Part shown: in pieces, positions 8,346 through 17,961 of the stretch | Numbering within the stretch: the stretch's first letter is position 1 | How the letters are laid out: every line of letters begins with the position of its first letter | Assembly (NCBI GenBank): GCA_027347985.1 | Contig: DAIEQH010000003.1 | Span: forward strand, 1 to 33,593 | DNA: 33,593 nt | Direction: 5' to 3' | From: Candidatus Nomurabacteria bacterium | GTDB lineage: Bacteria; Patescibacteriota; Minisyncoccia; Phycocordibacterales; UBA9973 | Program-made: the position numbers and the translations under genes | The notes under the pieces: generated by a model | Told to the model about the DNA's origin: nothing | Database searches by the model: none | The model's input: only the letters and a program-made list of their open reading frames with translations

Positions 8346-11300
8346 ATGTCTAGCAAAGACAACATTAATGAATCAGAAAAACCTCTTGATAACGCAAAAG
8401 GAGTATTGAAATTTTCAAGTGATCGCCAAAAAAAGATATGGCGTGCGTTGGCAAAGTTACATCCAAAATTTGGCAAAAAAATTGCTAGTATTTTCGAGGG
8501 CATAATACTTGCGTTAAACGACAATAACCCTGAAAAAATTTCTATTGTTTCTCACTTAGCAAGAGAACTTACTGAAGTTCTACCTATATACATTTCCGGT
8601 ATTCCAATAAGACAAAAGAGAGCGACTGACGATGAAATCAAAAAAGGTTTGAACAATATATTAAAGATGCTAAAAAGCGGGAAGAAATCTGATGAAAAAA
8701 TAAAAGATGTTGTTGAGAATCTCATAGCACAAATACCAGAACAAAAATCTCAACGTGAACAATTAAGAAAAATTGTTGACTCACATAAGGTTCTCGGATC
8801 TCGCCCATCTTATCTTAACGATGAATTTATAAAGCAATGGATGATAGTAAATAGATATTTTTTAAAATACTGTCATCATAGTGAATTGAAAAACTTACGT
8901 GACGATCCATTTTCTGAGGCAGAACTTAATGCAAATTTGAATACCTTTGAAGTGTTGATCTATAGAATTTTAGTAAAGGAACCGTTTTTTGACACTATGA
9001 AAGAGATAGATAGGCTTATGGGCATAGATAATCCCATAGAAAGAGACGCAGACGAGTTAATGAGACACATAGTAGAACCACAACATCGCAGATATTTTTT
9101 TGAGAGATGCGATAATCCAAATTGGCTAAACCTTTTGAACAAGAGAAATGCCTTTTCTTCCCCACAAGAACCTCTAAAAAAAGACGGATACATACAGTTT
9201 ATTCCATGGCCAGAATCAAAATATTTAGTGAGGGTAGCACATAAAAAACCCTTAGAGGTTTATAAAATAATAGAAAAATTAACATCTGATAACCAGACGG
9301 TATTGTACGACTTTTTAAAAGCCGCATTGGATTCACCTGTAAACATTTCCGCTATGTATGCAAATTTAATTGTAAAAAAGAAATGGCTACAAGGTCCATA
9401 TAATTTAAGTTTGCCAGATCAAGTTGCAGATCTAATGGAAAAACTTGCAAAAGGTAAAAAAGGGAAAGAGGCACTTTATCTTGCCAATGAACTATTTAGG
9501 TTAAGAATAGACAAGCAACGTGCCCCTAAAGATCGAGATGAATTGAGATTTTTCCATCCAGATGCAAAACCTTACTACGACGAATGGCAATTCAAAGAGA
9601 TTGTCGGTAAAAAAACGAAGGAACTTGCTAAAATAAAACCAAAAGAACTATTCAATACATACATTCAAAAACTAAAAGAAGCCATCGAACTTGAAAAACG
9701 AGGGAATAAAGATGGTAATTTCTATGAATACTCACACATTTGGAGACCAAATTTATCTATATCAAGAAACAAAACAGAGGATGCAAAAAATATTTTACTT
9801 GATGGTATTATTCAACTAATAGAACAGTATAAAAATGATCCTGTAATACTAAAACAATTTTCCGTTGTCCTTCGTAAATGTTCTTATGCTCTTTTCAGAA
9901 GAATTGAGATGTTTTTGTATAAGTTTGATTCTAATATTTTTACCAAAGAGTCAGAAAAGATATTAAGAAATAGAAGAATAATAATCGCTTACAATTTGAG
10001 ACGTGAATATCTACCGCTACTTGAAATCATGTACGACAAAATCTCTACCTCTTCAAAGAAATATATTTTAAAAGTCATAGAAGGAGGCCCTGATTTCAAG
10101 AAACCCAAAGATTATACAGACGAACAATTTGAGAGGATGACATCCAATTGGAAATCTCTCTACCTATCTCCCATAAAAGACAAACTTTCAAAGGGGTATT
10201 CAGATAAATATAGTAAAATAATTAAAAAATATGATAAACCAATTGACGATGATGGCGAAATGACAGTTTGGGATGGTGGTAAAAGTCCAATTTCGGCTGA
10301 AGATCTTTCGAAATTAGACGCTGATGAAACCCTGAAATACTTAGCCGATTACAAAATGCCAGATGATCCTTTTGGAAGGCACTCCTCTTCTGGTTTGGGC
10401 ATGATATTTTCCGGCCTTGTTGCAGAAAATCCAGAAAAATATGTTCCAACAGCGAAAAACTTTTTTGAAAGAAAAACTCGTCCAATATATTTTTATCATT
10501 TAATACATGGATTAAGAGAATCATTGGTAAAGAAAAAGTGTTTCAGTTGGAAACCAATTATAGAACTATGTTATAGAATCGTAGTAAAAAAAGAATATAA
10601 TTCAGAGCCTGTAAATAACGACGAACAAGACTGGAATTCTGTAAGACTTGCCATTGCCGATTTCTTAGGAAGAGCATTGGGGGATGATACTTGCGAAATC
10701 CCTACCATATTTAGAAAAGAAATATGGGATATAGTATCAAATCTAGCGGAAGATCAGGACCCCACCCCTGAGTATGAACATAAAGATAGCGAAGGCGGCT
10801 TAGATCCTATGACTCTAGCAATAAATACAGTGCGTGGAGAAGCCATGCATGCAGTTGTAAATTATGGTCTTTGGATTGCTCGAAATCTTCCAGATAAATC
10901 TATTGAGGTAAAGATGCCAGAAGAGATGGAAGAATTACTCAATAAGCATTTAGATATTAAACAAGATCCCTCATTGGCCATCCGTTCAGTGTATGGATGG
11001 AGATTACCCAATTTACACTATTTAAATAAACCTTGGATAGAAAAAAATAAAGAAAAGATTTTTGCAAAAGACTCGCCGGATTATCTACTGGCAGCATGGG
11101 AAGGATATTTAGCCAATAATATTCTTAAGGAAGTATTTTCTATACTTAAGCAACAATATTATGACTTTATTCCATATCTAGGGACTCTTGAAAAGAAAGG
11201 GTATCGTGCGGCAGATATAGATCAACGGTTTCCACAACATGTGGCAGTTATTTATGCAAATGAACCAGAGCATGAAGATTTTGTAGATTATTTTTTTAAA

Positions 11301-11816
11301 ACAGCTCCTGTAAAAACTCGCGCAGAAGCAATAAATTTTATCGGCCGAGTAATATTAAGACAACTTGAAGCATTCCCAAACAAAGAAGAAGTTAAAAAAA
11401 GGTTGGGCAATTTATGGGATAAAAGAATTTCTCTTTCTGAAGAACAAACTGAAACGGAAGAACTAAAAGAATTTGGTTGGTGGTTTAAAGTAAGCCCATT
11501 CTCTAAAAAAGAGACTTTGGAACGAACTATAAAAACCCTCAAACTCATTAAAGGTGTTATTAACGTACCCTACGAAATTGCAGAAGAACTCAAAATATAT
11601 GCTAAGGAATTGCCAGTTGAAACTATCACCTTGCTTGATTTAATTGTTAGAGCAGAGAGAGAGAATTACGAGCATCTTTATAAAAAGGAAGAGTATAGAG
11701 AAGTTATAAAGATAGTAAAAGCTACCGGGAACAAAACAGCAAACAAGATTGTTAAAGATCTTATTAATTATTTAGGGTCAATCGGGTTGATTGATGATTT
11801 CAGAGACCTTCTCTAA
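8346..11816 (+). CDS. Large helical hypothetical protein (1156 aa), candidate defence sensor/effector
   Basis: Long intact ORF without P-loop. N-terminal SHLARE...RYFLKYCHH is HEPN-like. Preceded by TGaTAAAAT 6 nt before the ATG. Confidence 0.6.
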   Translation: MSSKDNINESEKPLDNAKGVLKFSSDRQKKIWRALAKLHPKFGKKIASIFEGIILALNDNNPEKISIVSHLARELTEVLPIYISGIPIRQKRATDDEIKKGLNNILKMLKSGKKSDEKIKDVVENLIAQIPEQKSQREQLRKIVDSHKVLGSRPSYLNDEFIKQWMIVNRYFLKYCHHSELKNLRDDPFSEAELNANLNTFEVLIYRILVKEPFFDTMKEIDRLMGIDNPIERDADELMRHIVEPQHRRYFFERCDNPNWLNLLNKRNAFSSPQEPLKKDGYIQFIPWPESKYLVRVAHKKPLEVYKIIEKLTSDNQTVLYDFLKAALDSPVNISAMYANLIVKKKWLQGPYNLSLPDQVADLMEKLAKGKKGKEALYLANELFRLRIDKQRAPKDRDELRFFHPDAKPYYDEWQFKEIVGKKTKELAKIKPKELFNTYIQKLKEAIELEKRGNKDGNFYEYSHIWRPNLSISRNKTEDAKNILLDGIIQLIEQYKNDPVILKQFSVVLRKCSYALFRRIEMFLYKFDSNIFTKESEKILRNRRIIIAYNLRREYLPLLEIMYDKISTSSKKYILKVIEGGPDFKKPKDYTDEQFERMTSNWKSLYLSPIKDKLSKGYSDKYSKIIKKYDKPIDDDGEMTVWDGGKSPISAEDLSKLDADETLKYLADYKMPDDPFGRHSSSGLGMIFSGLVAENPEKYVPTAKNFFERKTRPIYFYHLIHGLRESLVKKKCFSWKPIIELCYRIVVKKEYNSEPVNNDEQDWNSVRLAIADFLGRALGDDTCEIPTIFRKEIWDIVSNLAEDQDPTPEYEHKDSEGGLDPMTLAINTVRGEAMHAVVNYGLWIARNLPDKSIEVKMPEEMEELLNKHLDIKQDPSLAIRSVYGWRLPNLHYLNKPWIEKNKEKIFAKDSPDYLLAAWEGYLANNILKEVFSILKQQYYDFIPYLGTLEKKGYRAADIDQRFPQHVAVIYANEPEHEDFVDYFFKTAPVKTRAEAINFIGRVILRQLEAFPNKEEVKKRLGNLWDKRISLSEEQTETEELKEFGWWFKVSPFSKKETLERTIKTLKLIKGVINVPYEIAEELKIYAKELPVETITLLDLIVRAERENYEHLYKKEEYREVIKIVKATGNKTANKIVKDLINYLGSIGLIDDFRDLL

Positions 11817-11820
11817 TTTT

Positions 11821-13584
11821 ATGGCAATAAATACAAAAATAGTTACACATCTTACTTACAAAGAACTCTTTGATTCTTTTGAAAAAAACGGAACTGTTTT
11901 TCCAATAAGTATCTTGAAGGCAAGCGAAGATATTGAAACACAAATAGAATATCTGCTGACTAACATGAATCCCGTTGAAATGACACAGTTCAGTTCTTTT
12001 CTTAACATGATATGCCAGACAAGAGATACTGATAAAACCATGATTAGAGGCATATCGCTATTGGAAGAAACCGGGATTATTCAAAAAGGAAGAGGCTTCT
12101 CAAATAAGATAGTTTTTCATAGAGAGAACTTATTAAACCTGATCGGGCAAATACTTTCTAAAAAATTAAATGGTAAAGATCAATTAACAGGACCTGGACA
12201 TACGGCGAACCAGAAAAAATACACAGAGGCTATTTTATTAAATAATGATCTGGCGAGCATGGAAGCTGAAGCAAACGGCACGAAAAATGGGATTTTTATC
12301 CGTGATTATTTTATAAGAGAATATCCCCACTATTACCTTCCTGATATTGCTAGGCTTATGTATGGGCATAGGATAGTTCGTTATAGATATTGTTTTGAAC
12401 AATTGCTTCCAAACTTAGACAAAGTAAATATAGACGAAATAAATAAAGGAATTAATGCCTTTGAACAAAATTCAGGAGTAACACTTCAGGAATATATAAA
12501 AGTTCTTAATAGCCTTTATGCTTGGTTTTTTGAGATCCCTTTTCAGAACGAGAAAAATCCACCTGCTCTAGGTACTCAAAAATTTGGTTTCGATTTTCAA
12601 CATTTGAGTTCATTTTACATACAAGCATCTTTGTTTAAGCAAGATCCGTCATTTCTTAAAGCAATTAGTCATTTATCAAAAGATATTAATGCACTAAGGT
12701 CTGCATTGGAACAAGAGGATCAAAGGCCGAGGGATCCAATAACTGGATACAATAAATATATTCGGGTGTTTTTTGATAACCCTGTATTTAAAATATCAGA
12801 AGATTTTTACTGTATCATAGACCTAAAATTTATTATTGAGAACGTATGCGGCGGATTACTTTGGAGAATTAAAAGTGAGGGAAATTTGCAGAATTTTAAA
12901 TCAGCTTATGGTCGTCTTTTAGAAAAGTATTTCCAATTTATAATTCAGAATATTTTTAAGAATACTAAGGTCAGCTTTGGGGAAACTGCTGGAGCTGACG
13001 CCGTAATCGAAACCGATGATTGCATCTTCGTTATGGAATTTACTACGGAATATTATAGACTGTCTTCTTTGTATAACCCAACGGCTGATGGTTTTCTAGA
13101 TGACGCTTATCGTATTTTGTTCAACACAGGTAAGGATGATCCTAGAGCAAGAAATAAAGATGATAAAGGAAAATTAATTAAGCTTAATCAATACATTGAA
13201 GATAATAAAAGTAAGGGTAAAAAAATTATCCCAGTTATCGTTACCGAAAACTTTTTAGGTAATCATGATTTATTTAATGAATTTGATAATTTCTGCAATT
13301 CAGAAATAGCAACAAAAAATCTTACAAACTTAGAAGGGATACCCCCAATGTTTCTATGTTTAGATGATCTTGAGACTTTTTGGGGTCTGTTTGATCCAAA
13401 GGACGCGGTTAAGGGATTTGTGGGCTTTAATGACTACTGGGTATCAAAAGAAAAGGAGTCCTTATTCCATAATCCTTCCTCTGGAATGTGTAAATTTATT
13501 GAGGAAATAAATAATAAAGAACCTAGAATAAATAATCATGAATTTGCTGATTTTTTCTCACCCAAGCAAACATTTAAGGAATAA
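11821..13584 (+). CDS. Hypothetical protein with C-terminal degenerate PD-(D/E)XK/NERD-like domain
   Basis: AYGRLLEKY...GADAVIETDDCIFVMEFTT. The ATG at 11821 lies 4 nt after the upstream stop. Confidence 0.55.
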   Translation: MAINTKIVTHLTYKELFDSFEKNGTVFPISILKASEDIETQIEYLLTNMNPVEMTQFSSFLNMICQTRDTDKTMIRGISLLEETGIIQKGRGFSNKIVFHRENLLNLIGQILSKKLNGKDQLTGPGHTANQKKYTEAILLNNDLASMEAEANGTKNGIFIRDYFIREYPHYYLPDIARLMYGHRIVRYRYCFEQLLPNLDKVNIDEINKGINAFEQNSGVTLQEYIKVLNSLYAWFFEIPFQNEKNPPALGTQKFGFDFQHLSSFYIQASLFKQDPSFLKAISHLSKDINALRSALEQEDQRPRDPITGYNKYIRVFFDNPVFKISEDFYCIIDLKFIIENVCGGLLWRIKSEGNLQNFKSAYGRLLEKYFQFIIQNIFKNTKVSFGETAGADAVIETDDCIFVMEFTTEYYRLSSLYNPTADGFLDDAYRILFNTGKDDPRARNKDDKGKLIKLNQYIEDNKSKGKKIIPVIVTENFLGNHDLFNEFDNFCNSEIATKNLTNLEGIPPMFLCLDDLETFWGLFDPKDAVKGFVGFNDYWVSKEKESLFHNPSSGMCKFIEEINNKEPRINNHEFADFFSPKQTFKE

Positions 13585-13617
13585 TAGGGTAAGCCTGGGC
13601 AAAAGGTTTAATAAAAA

Positions 13618-14067
13618 ATGTTGGAACTTATAGATAGAAATTTAAAAATGATTAACATAGAACACGCAAGAGATTTTATACAAAAGCATCAAGATCAAGT
13701 TACTGATCTTTTTATTACCTATCAAATGATAGAAATGATGTTTTTTCTTAAACTTCACTTACCTGGGATATCAGAGATAGAAAACAGAGAAGATTATTTA
13801 GAGGGAGTAAATAAACAAATTAATTCAAAAACTTTTGGGAAATTAAAAAAAGTTTATTTAGAAAAATATCCCAATGACAAATATCAGTTGATTTTTGATA
13901 TGGAAGTTGTCGCAATACAAAGAAATAGTTTTATGCATTCTTTTTGCATGATTTTAGTCTTATGGGAAAATCAAGAAGAGATGAATACATGGGGAAAATT
14001 TCTTTTAGATGACTTTACAAAACAAGCTCATAATTTACTGGAAAAAGTATATGAATTACCAAATTAG
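13618..14067 (+). CDS. Small HEPN-like protein
   Basis: QMIE helix, KTFGKL and RNSFMH (Rx4H). Alternative start at 13648. Confidence 0.5.
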   Translation: MLELIDRNLKMINIEHARDFIQKHQDQVTDLFITYQMIEMMFFLKLHLPGISEIENREDYLEGVNKQINSKTFGKLKKVYLEKYPNDKYQLIFDMEVVAIQRNSFMHSFCMILVLWENQEEMNTWGKFLLDDFTKQAHNLLEKVYELPN

Positions 14068-14108
14068 GTAATATAATCATCTTCGTTTCTTTGTGTTATA
14101 ATAAAAAT

Positions 14109-15248
14109 ATGGAAAACAATATCTTAAATTTATTTAATGAATTTCTAAAAAATTATGATGTGGAATCTAAGGATGCATTGTGGTCAGAACAGAGCTTAAA
14201 ATTTAGAAATTTTTGGCAAGATAAAATTTTCTCTCATTCCAAAGATGAGCTTAATGATACAGAGACTGATGAAATTATTAGGATATTAGATAGGAACGGT
14301 AGAGGTAATACAAAAGAGAGTGAGGCAGTGGCAAAAGCCATGATTGCTCAAGGTGCTTGGAGAAGAATGTTTAATGAACTAAAAAACAAACAACCATTAC
14401 ACGAATGTCTAGACAGAATATTTAAAAGCTCTGGGGATGAAAGAGAGAAGTTAATTAATCAACTATATAAATTAAATGAAGGAAATCGCAATAATTTAAC
14501 TGGACCAAGTGGCAACGCAATCAATGATATGATTTTTGCCTGGGACCCATCTTCTAATCTCAGCATTATATCCTTAAACGATCGCAAGAAAGTTCTTGAA
14601 TATTTTGGATTTGAAAATCGTACAGTTTTTGAAAAAGATTCAATTGGAGAAAAAATTGTTAAATCAAATGAAGATATTATTAAAGGTTTTAAGTCTTTAA
14701 GTATATATGGATCACCAAGAACAGTAAGCACATTTTTGTATTCAATCAATGTACAATCTCTTTGGAAAACTGAATCTGAAAAAGAGTTTACAAGCGTAAG
14801 TGAAGAAAAACCATCTCAAATAATAGGTGAAAATGAATCTTCGGATCAGACTTTGTTTTATATGGAAAAAGAACTTGAAAATTTTTTAATCAAAAACTGG
14901 GAAAAAACTGAATTGGGTAAAAAATATGATTTGATTGAAGAAGATGGAAAATTCAGCCAGCAATACCCAACTGGAGTTGGCCCAATAGATATTTTAGTAA
15001 AAGACAAAAAAGATGGAACATATATCGTGATTGAATTAAAGAGAAATCAAACAAGTGACGATACTATAGGTCAATTAGCTAGATATATGGGGTGGCTTAA
15101 AGAAAATAAAACAAACGGAAAAACAGTAAAAGGAATAATTATTACAGGAGGATATGATGAAAGACTTTATTATGCATCCCAAATGCTAATTGGTTGTGAA
15201 ATATACATATATCAGGTTGATTTCAAATTAAAAGAATTTAAAGAATAG
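14109..15248 (+). CDS. Endonuclease with C-terminal NucS/DUF91-like PD-(D/E)XK domain and an unknown N-terminal domain
   Basis: EKELENFL...GPIDILVKD...VIELKR...DDTIGQLARYMGW. ATG 14109 follows TGtTATAAT. Confidence 0.8.
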   Translation: MENNILNLFNEFLKNYDVESKDALWSEQSLKFRNFWQDKIFSHSKDELNDTETDEIIRILDRNGRGNTKESEAVAKAMIAQGAWRRMFNELKNKQPLHECLDRIFKSSGDEREKLINQLYKLNEGNRNNLTGPSGNAINDMIFAWDPSSNLSIISLNDRKKVLEYFGFENRTVFEKDSIGEKIVKSNEDIIKGFKSLSIYGSPRTVSTFLYSINVQSLWKTESEKEFTSVSEEKPSQIIGENESSDQTLFYMEKELENFLIKNWEKTELGKKYDLIEEDGKFSQQYPTGVGPIDILVKDKKDGTYIVIELKRNQTSDDTIGQLARYMGWLKENKTNGKTVKGIIITGGYDERLYYASQMLIGCEIYIYQVDFKLKEFKE

Positions 15249-15407
15249 TGACAATCAACTGCAACTTTTGTATCTGATTTTATGTCACTTTTGTCACTTT
15301 CTAGGGTGCTCGAGACGCGTCGTTTTGGTATAATAAAATTATTAGAAATAACATTACTGGGCAAGGAACTAAAAGGTTCTAGCTCGAGAACGCCCGCAGA
15401 GATATTT

Positions 15408-16373
15408 TTATTCCAAAATTAGTTTTTTGAATTCCTCTACCATGGGGACTTGTTCTGGTTCTAGACCATATTCTAGGGCTAGATAATAGGCAGTCCAGTC
15501 GGCCAAGAGAAGGGAAGAGAAAATTTTATGCCAGACATTTTCGTTTTTTATTTCTATCGTTTCAACTTTTAAATTGCGGTCTTTATATAATTTTTCCAAG
15601 ACTTGCATCCTTTTTAGTATTTTTGGATTGTCTCCCATATCTTTCAAAATAATAAAATAGAATTTATTACTTAATTCTTTGGTTGAATCTACCACATCAA
15701 AACCCGTCATCTCATTGTGATTTAATTCAGGTAAGACATTATGAAAAGCGGGGATTTTTCCTGTTTCATTAAATTTTATTTTCCAAATTTCTGCCAAAGA
15801 GGAATTATGATTTGAAGCATAGATAACAGGAACATAATTTTTCAATTTCTTTGCGAAACTTTTTCCAGCCTCCTCATAATCAAGTGGATTTAAAGTTGCT
15901 TCTAGGCCACTTGTTTCTTTTAATGCACTTTCTTCACCCATTACTTTCAAGAGTGCTTTAATAGAAAGGCCTAAAGCCATACGAGGTTGAAGCCTCACAT
16001 TTGGCATTTCTATATACGGAGTATTATTTTCCTTAGCTAGAGATAATAATTTACCACCAGCGACAACTACAACTATGTCTAGGTTTTTTTCTTTCGCCTC
16101 TAAGTAAGCATTAATTACTTCTTCTGTATTTCCAGAATAAGAACTTAAAATGACAAGTTTATTTTTTAATGCCTCATCTCCTAGTGGCAAACAATAATCA
16201 TGACGAATAATGATATCAATTTTGGGATTCCAAGTTTTTAGAATTTGAGCTGCCAAAGCAGAGCCACCCATACCAACCAAGATAAACTCTTTTTTGGCAA
16301 CAAATTTGTCGAGATTTTTAATCTCTGGTTCATATGAAAACTGTTTATTGAAGTTTTTTATTGATTCGTACAT
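15408..16373 (-). CDS. Bifunctional phosphoglucose/phosphomannose isomerase (SIS domains)
   Basis: GMGGS, SYSGNTEE, QPR, NETGK and PELNHNE motifs. Confidence 0.9.
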   Translation of the reverse strand: MYESIKNFNKQFSYEPEIKNLDKFVAKKEFILVGMGGSALAAQILKTWNPKIDIIIRHDYCLPLGDEALKNKLVILSSYSGNTEEVINAYLEAKEKNLDIVVVVAGGKLLSLAKENNTPYIEMPNVRLQPRMALGLSIKALLKVMGEESALKETSGLEATLNPLDYEEAGKSFAKKLKNYVPVIYASNHNSSLAEIWKIKFNETGKIPAFHNVLPELNHNEMTGFDVVDSTKELSNKFYFIILKDMGDNPKILKRMQVLEKLYKDRNLKVETIEIKNENVWHKIFSSLLLADWTAYYLALEYGLEPEQVPMVEEFKKLILE

Positions 16374-16377
16374 TACT

Positions 16378-16998
16378 TTATTTTAGCATGTTTTTATTTT
16401 TTAATTTATTGTAGAGAAAGGAAACAATTGTTGGCAAGAATGAAATAAACACTATGCCCAATAATATTGGTAGTAAATATGTATCAATATTTGGAATCTG
16501 TTGCCCTAGAAAATATCCAAGTAAAGTAATACCCGTGGCCCAAATCAATCCACCGAGAATATTGTATGAGATGAAAGTTTTGTAATGCATTTTGCCGACG
16601 CCAGCGAGTATTGGTATAAAAGTACGTACGACAGGGATAAAACGTGCTAAGACGATAGCTTTTTTGCCATGCTCTCTATAAAAATCCTCAGCTTCAGCAA
16701 TGTGTTTTCTTTTAAAGAAAAAAGAATCATCGTGCGAAAATATTTTTGGTCCAACTTTAAAACCAAATAAATATCCGATTTGGTCGCCCAAAACGGCGGC
16801 GAAAGTAACGACTAAAACCAGTAAAGCAATATTGAAATAACCTTGAGAAGCAAGCAACCCTGCAGAAAAGAGGAGAGTATCTCCCGGAAGAAAAAAACCA
16901 AAGAATAAGCCAGATTCAGCAAATATAATAAAGAAAATGCCGAAATAACCTATTGCTCTAATCAATATTGGTAAATCAATATTTAATATAGATTCCAT
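16378..16998 (-). CDS. dedA: DedA family membrane protein
   Basis: FAESGLFFGFFLPGDTLL, GDQIGY and ARFIPVVRTF motifs. Confidence 0.93.
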   Translation of the reverse strand: MESILNIDLPILIRAIGYFGIFFIIFAESGLFFGFFLPGDTLLFSAGLLASQGYFNIALLVLVVTFAAVLGDQIGYLFGFKVGPKIFSHDDSFFFKRKHIAEAEDFYREHGKKAIVLARFIPVVRTFIPILAGVGKMHYKTFISYNILGGLIWATGITLLGYFLGQQIPNIDTYLLPILLGIVFISFLPTIVSFLYNKLKNKNMLK

Positions 16999-17066
16999 CC
17001 CATTAGAAATTTTTAATTAATAATTTTTGTCTCGTTTGCGAAATTTCTAACGGGACAAGTAATTTA
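16996..17066 (-). repeat. Stop-to-start inverted-repeat element, copy 1 (dsbA-dedA)
   Basis: Sense strand reads TAA attacttg TCCCGTTAGAAATTT ...N28... AAATTTCTAATGGGA TG. Confidence 0.9.
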
Positions 17067-17822
17067 TTTTAATGCAGCGTCAATTTTTGGCTTTACACTA
17101 GAAAGTGGCTCTGCTCCATCAATAGTACTGACAACTTTTCCATCTTTCAAAATATATCCTTTTGGTGTGCCTGTCACTCCTGCTCCAGTGCCTTCAGTTT
17201 TAGAATCAGCAATAGCTTTTTCGTATTTATTGCTATCTAAGCATTGGTCAAAAGTTGTAGAATCTAAACCGAGATTTTTAGCAAAAGATTTTAAGTTTGG
17301 ATCAGAAAAAGCTCCTTGGTTTTCTCCATTTTGGTGTGAGTAAAGATAATCGTGGAATTCCCAAAACTTACCTTGATCTCCAGCGCATCTTGCTGCCTCA
17401 GCAGACCTGATTGATTCTGGTCCCAAAAATGCCCAATCACGATAGACAAATAAAACTTTTCCGTCCTTTACATAATTCATAACTTCAGGCAAAAATGGAG
17501 TCCAATTTGGGTCGTTCTTTTTCAGATATTGTATTACAGCTGAATCAGCTTTTAAAGAGCCGAAGATTGCTCCACAGAAAGGACATTGAAAATCTTCGTA
17601 TAAAATAATTGTAACTTTTGCTTTTGGATTTCCGAGCGCCATGTCTTCTTTTGTTACGGGAGCTGGTGTTCCTGTCACAGCTACATTGCCATTTGCTGGC
17701 ACATTTGTAGAAGGCGGTGTACTTCCTTTTAATAAAATTGCTCCGGCTATTAAAACTCCAGCGACGACGATAGCCATAGGGATTGAAAAATTGTTTGGTT
17801 TTGTGTTTACTTCTATTTCCAT
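17064..17822 (-). CDS. DsbA-family thiol-disulfide oxidoreductase with N-terminal membrane anchor
   Basis: EDFQCPFC, AARCAGDQGKFWEFHD and GVTGTP motifs. Confidence 0.9.
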   Translation of the reverse strand: MEIEVNTKPNNFSIPMAIVVAGVLIAGAILLKGSTPPSTNVPANGNVAVTGTPAPVTKEDMALGNPKAKVTIILYEDFQCPFCGAIFGSLKADSAVIQYLKKNDPNWTPFLPEVMNYVKDGKVLFVYRDWAFLGPESIRSAEAARCAGDQGKFWEFHDYLYSHQNGENQGAFSDPNLKSFAKNLGLDSTTFDQCLDSNKYEKAIADSKTEGTGAGVTGTPKGYILKDGKVVSTIDGAEPLSSVKPKIDAALK

Positions 17823-17961
17823 AAAAATTTATTGTATAAGTTTGTAATGCTTAAGTATAACCTGTAGTGAAATTTTTAGCAAAAATTCTGCTATAAAAAT
17901 GTTAAAAGCCAAGCCTTTAACATTTTTTAAAGTTCGATTTTGTTGTGCTATAATAGCCCTT

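Larger units (their letters stand above)
1..15300. mobile_element. Putative integrative island: serine recombinase, ParB-MTase/terminase module, defence-like cargo and possibly the ars operon; left end not visible
   Basis: Mobility and phage-type genes cluster with nuclease-like ORFs, then switch abruptly to housekeeping genes at 15408. No att pair was identified, so both limits are approximate. Confidence 0.55.

Noticed and set aside
15355-15400. tRNA fragment as integration target
   Set aside because: GC-rich and partly self-complementary, but no GTTCRA T-loop or cloverleaf could be built on either strand.
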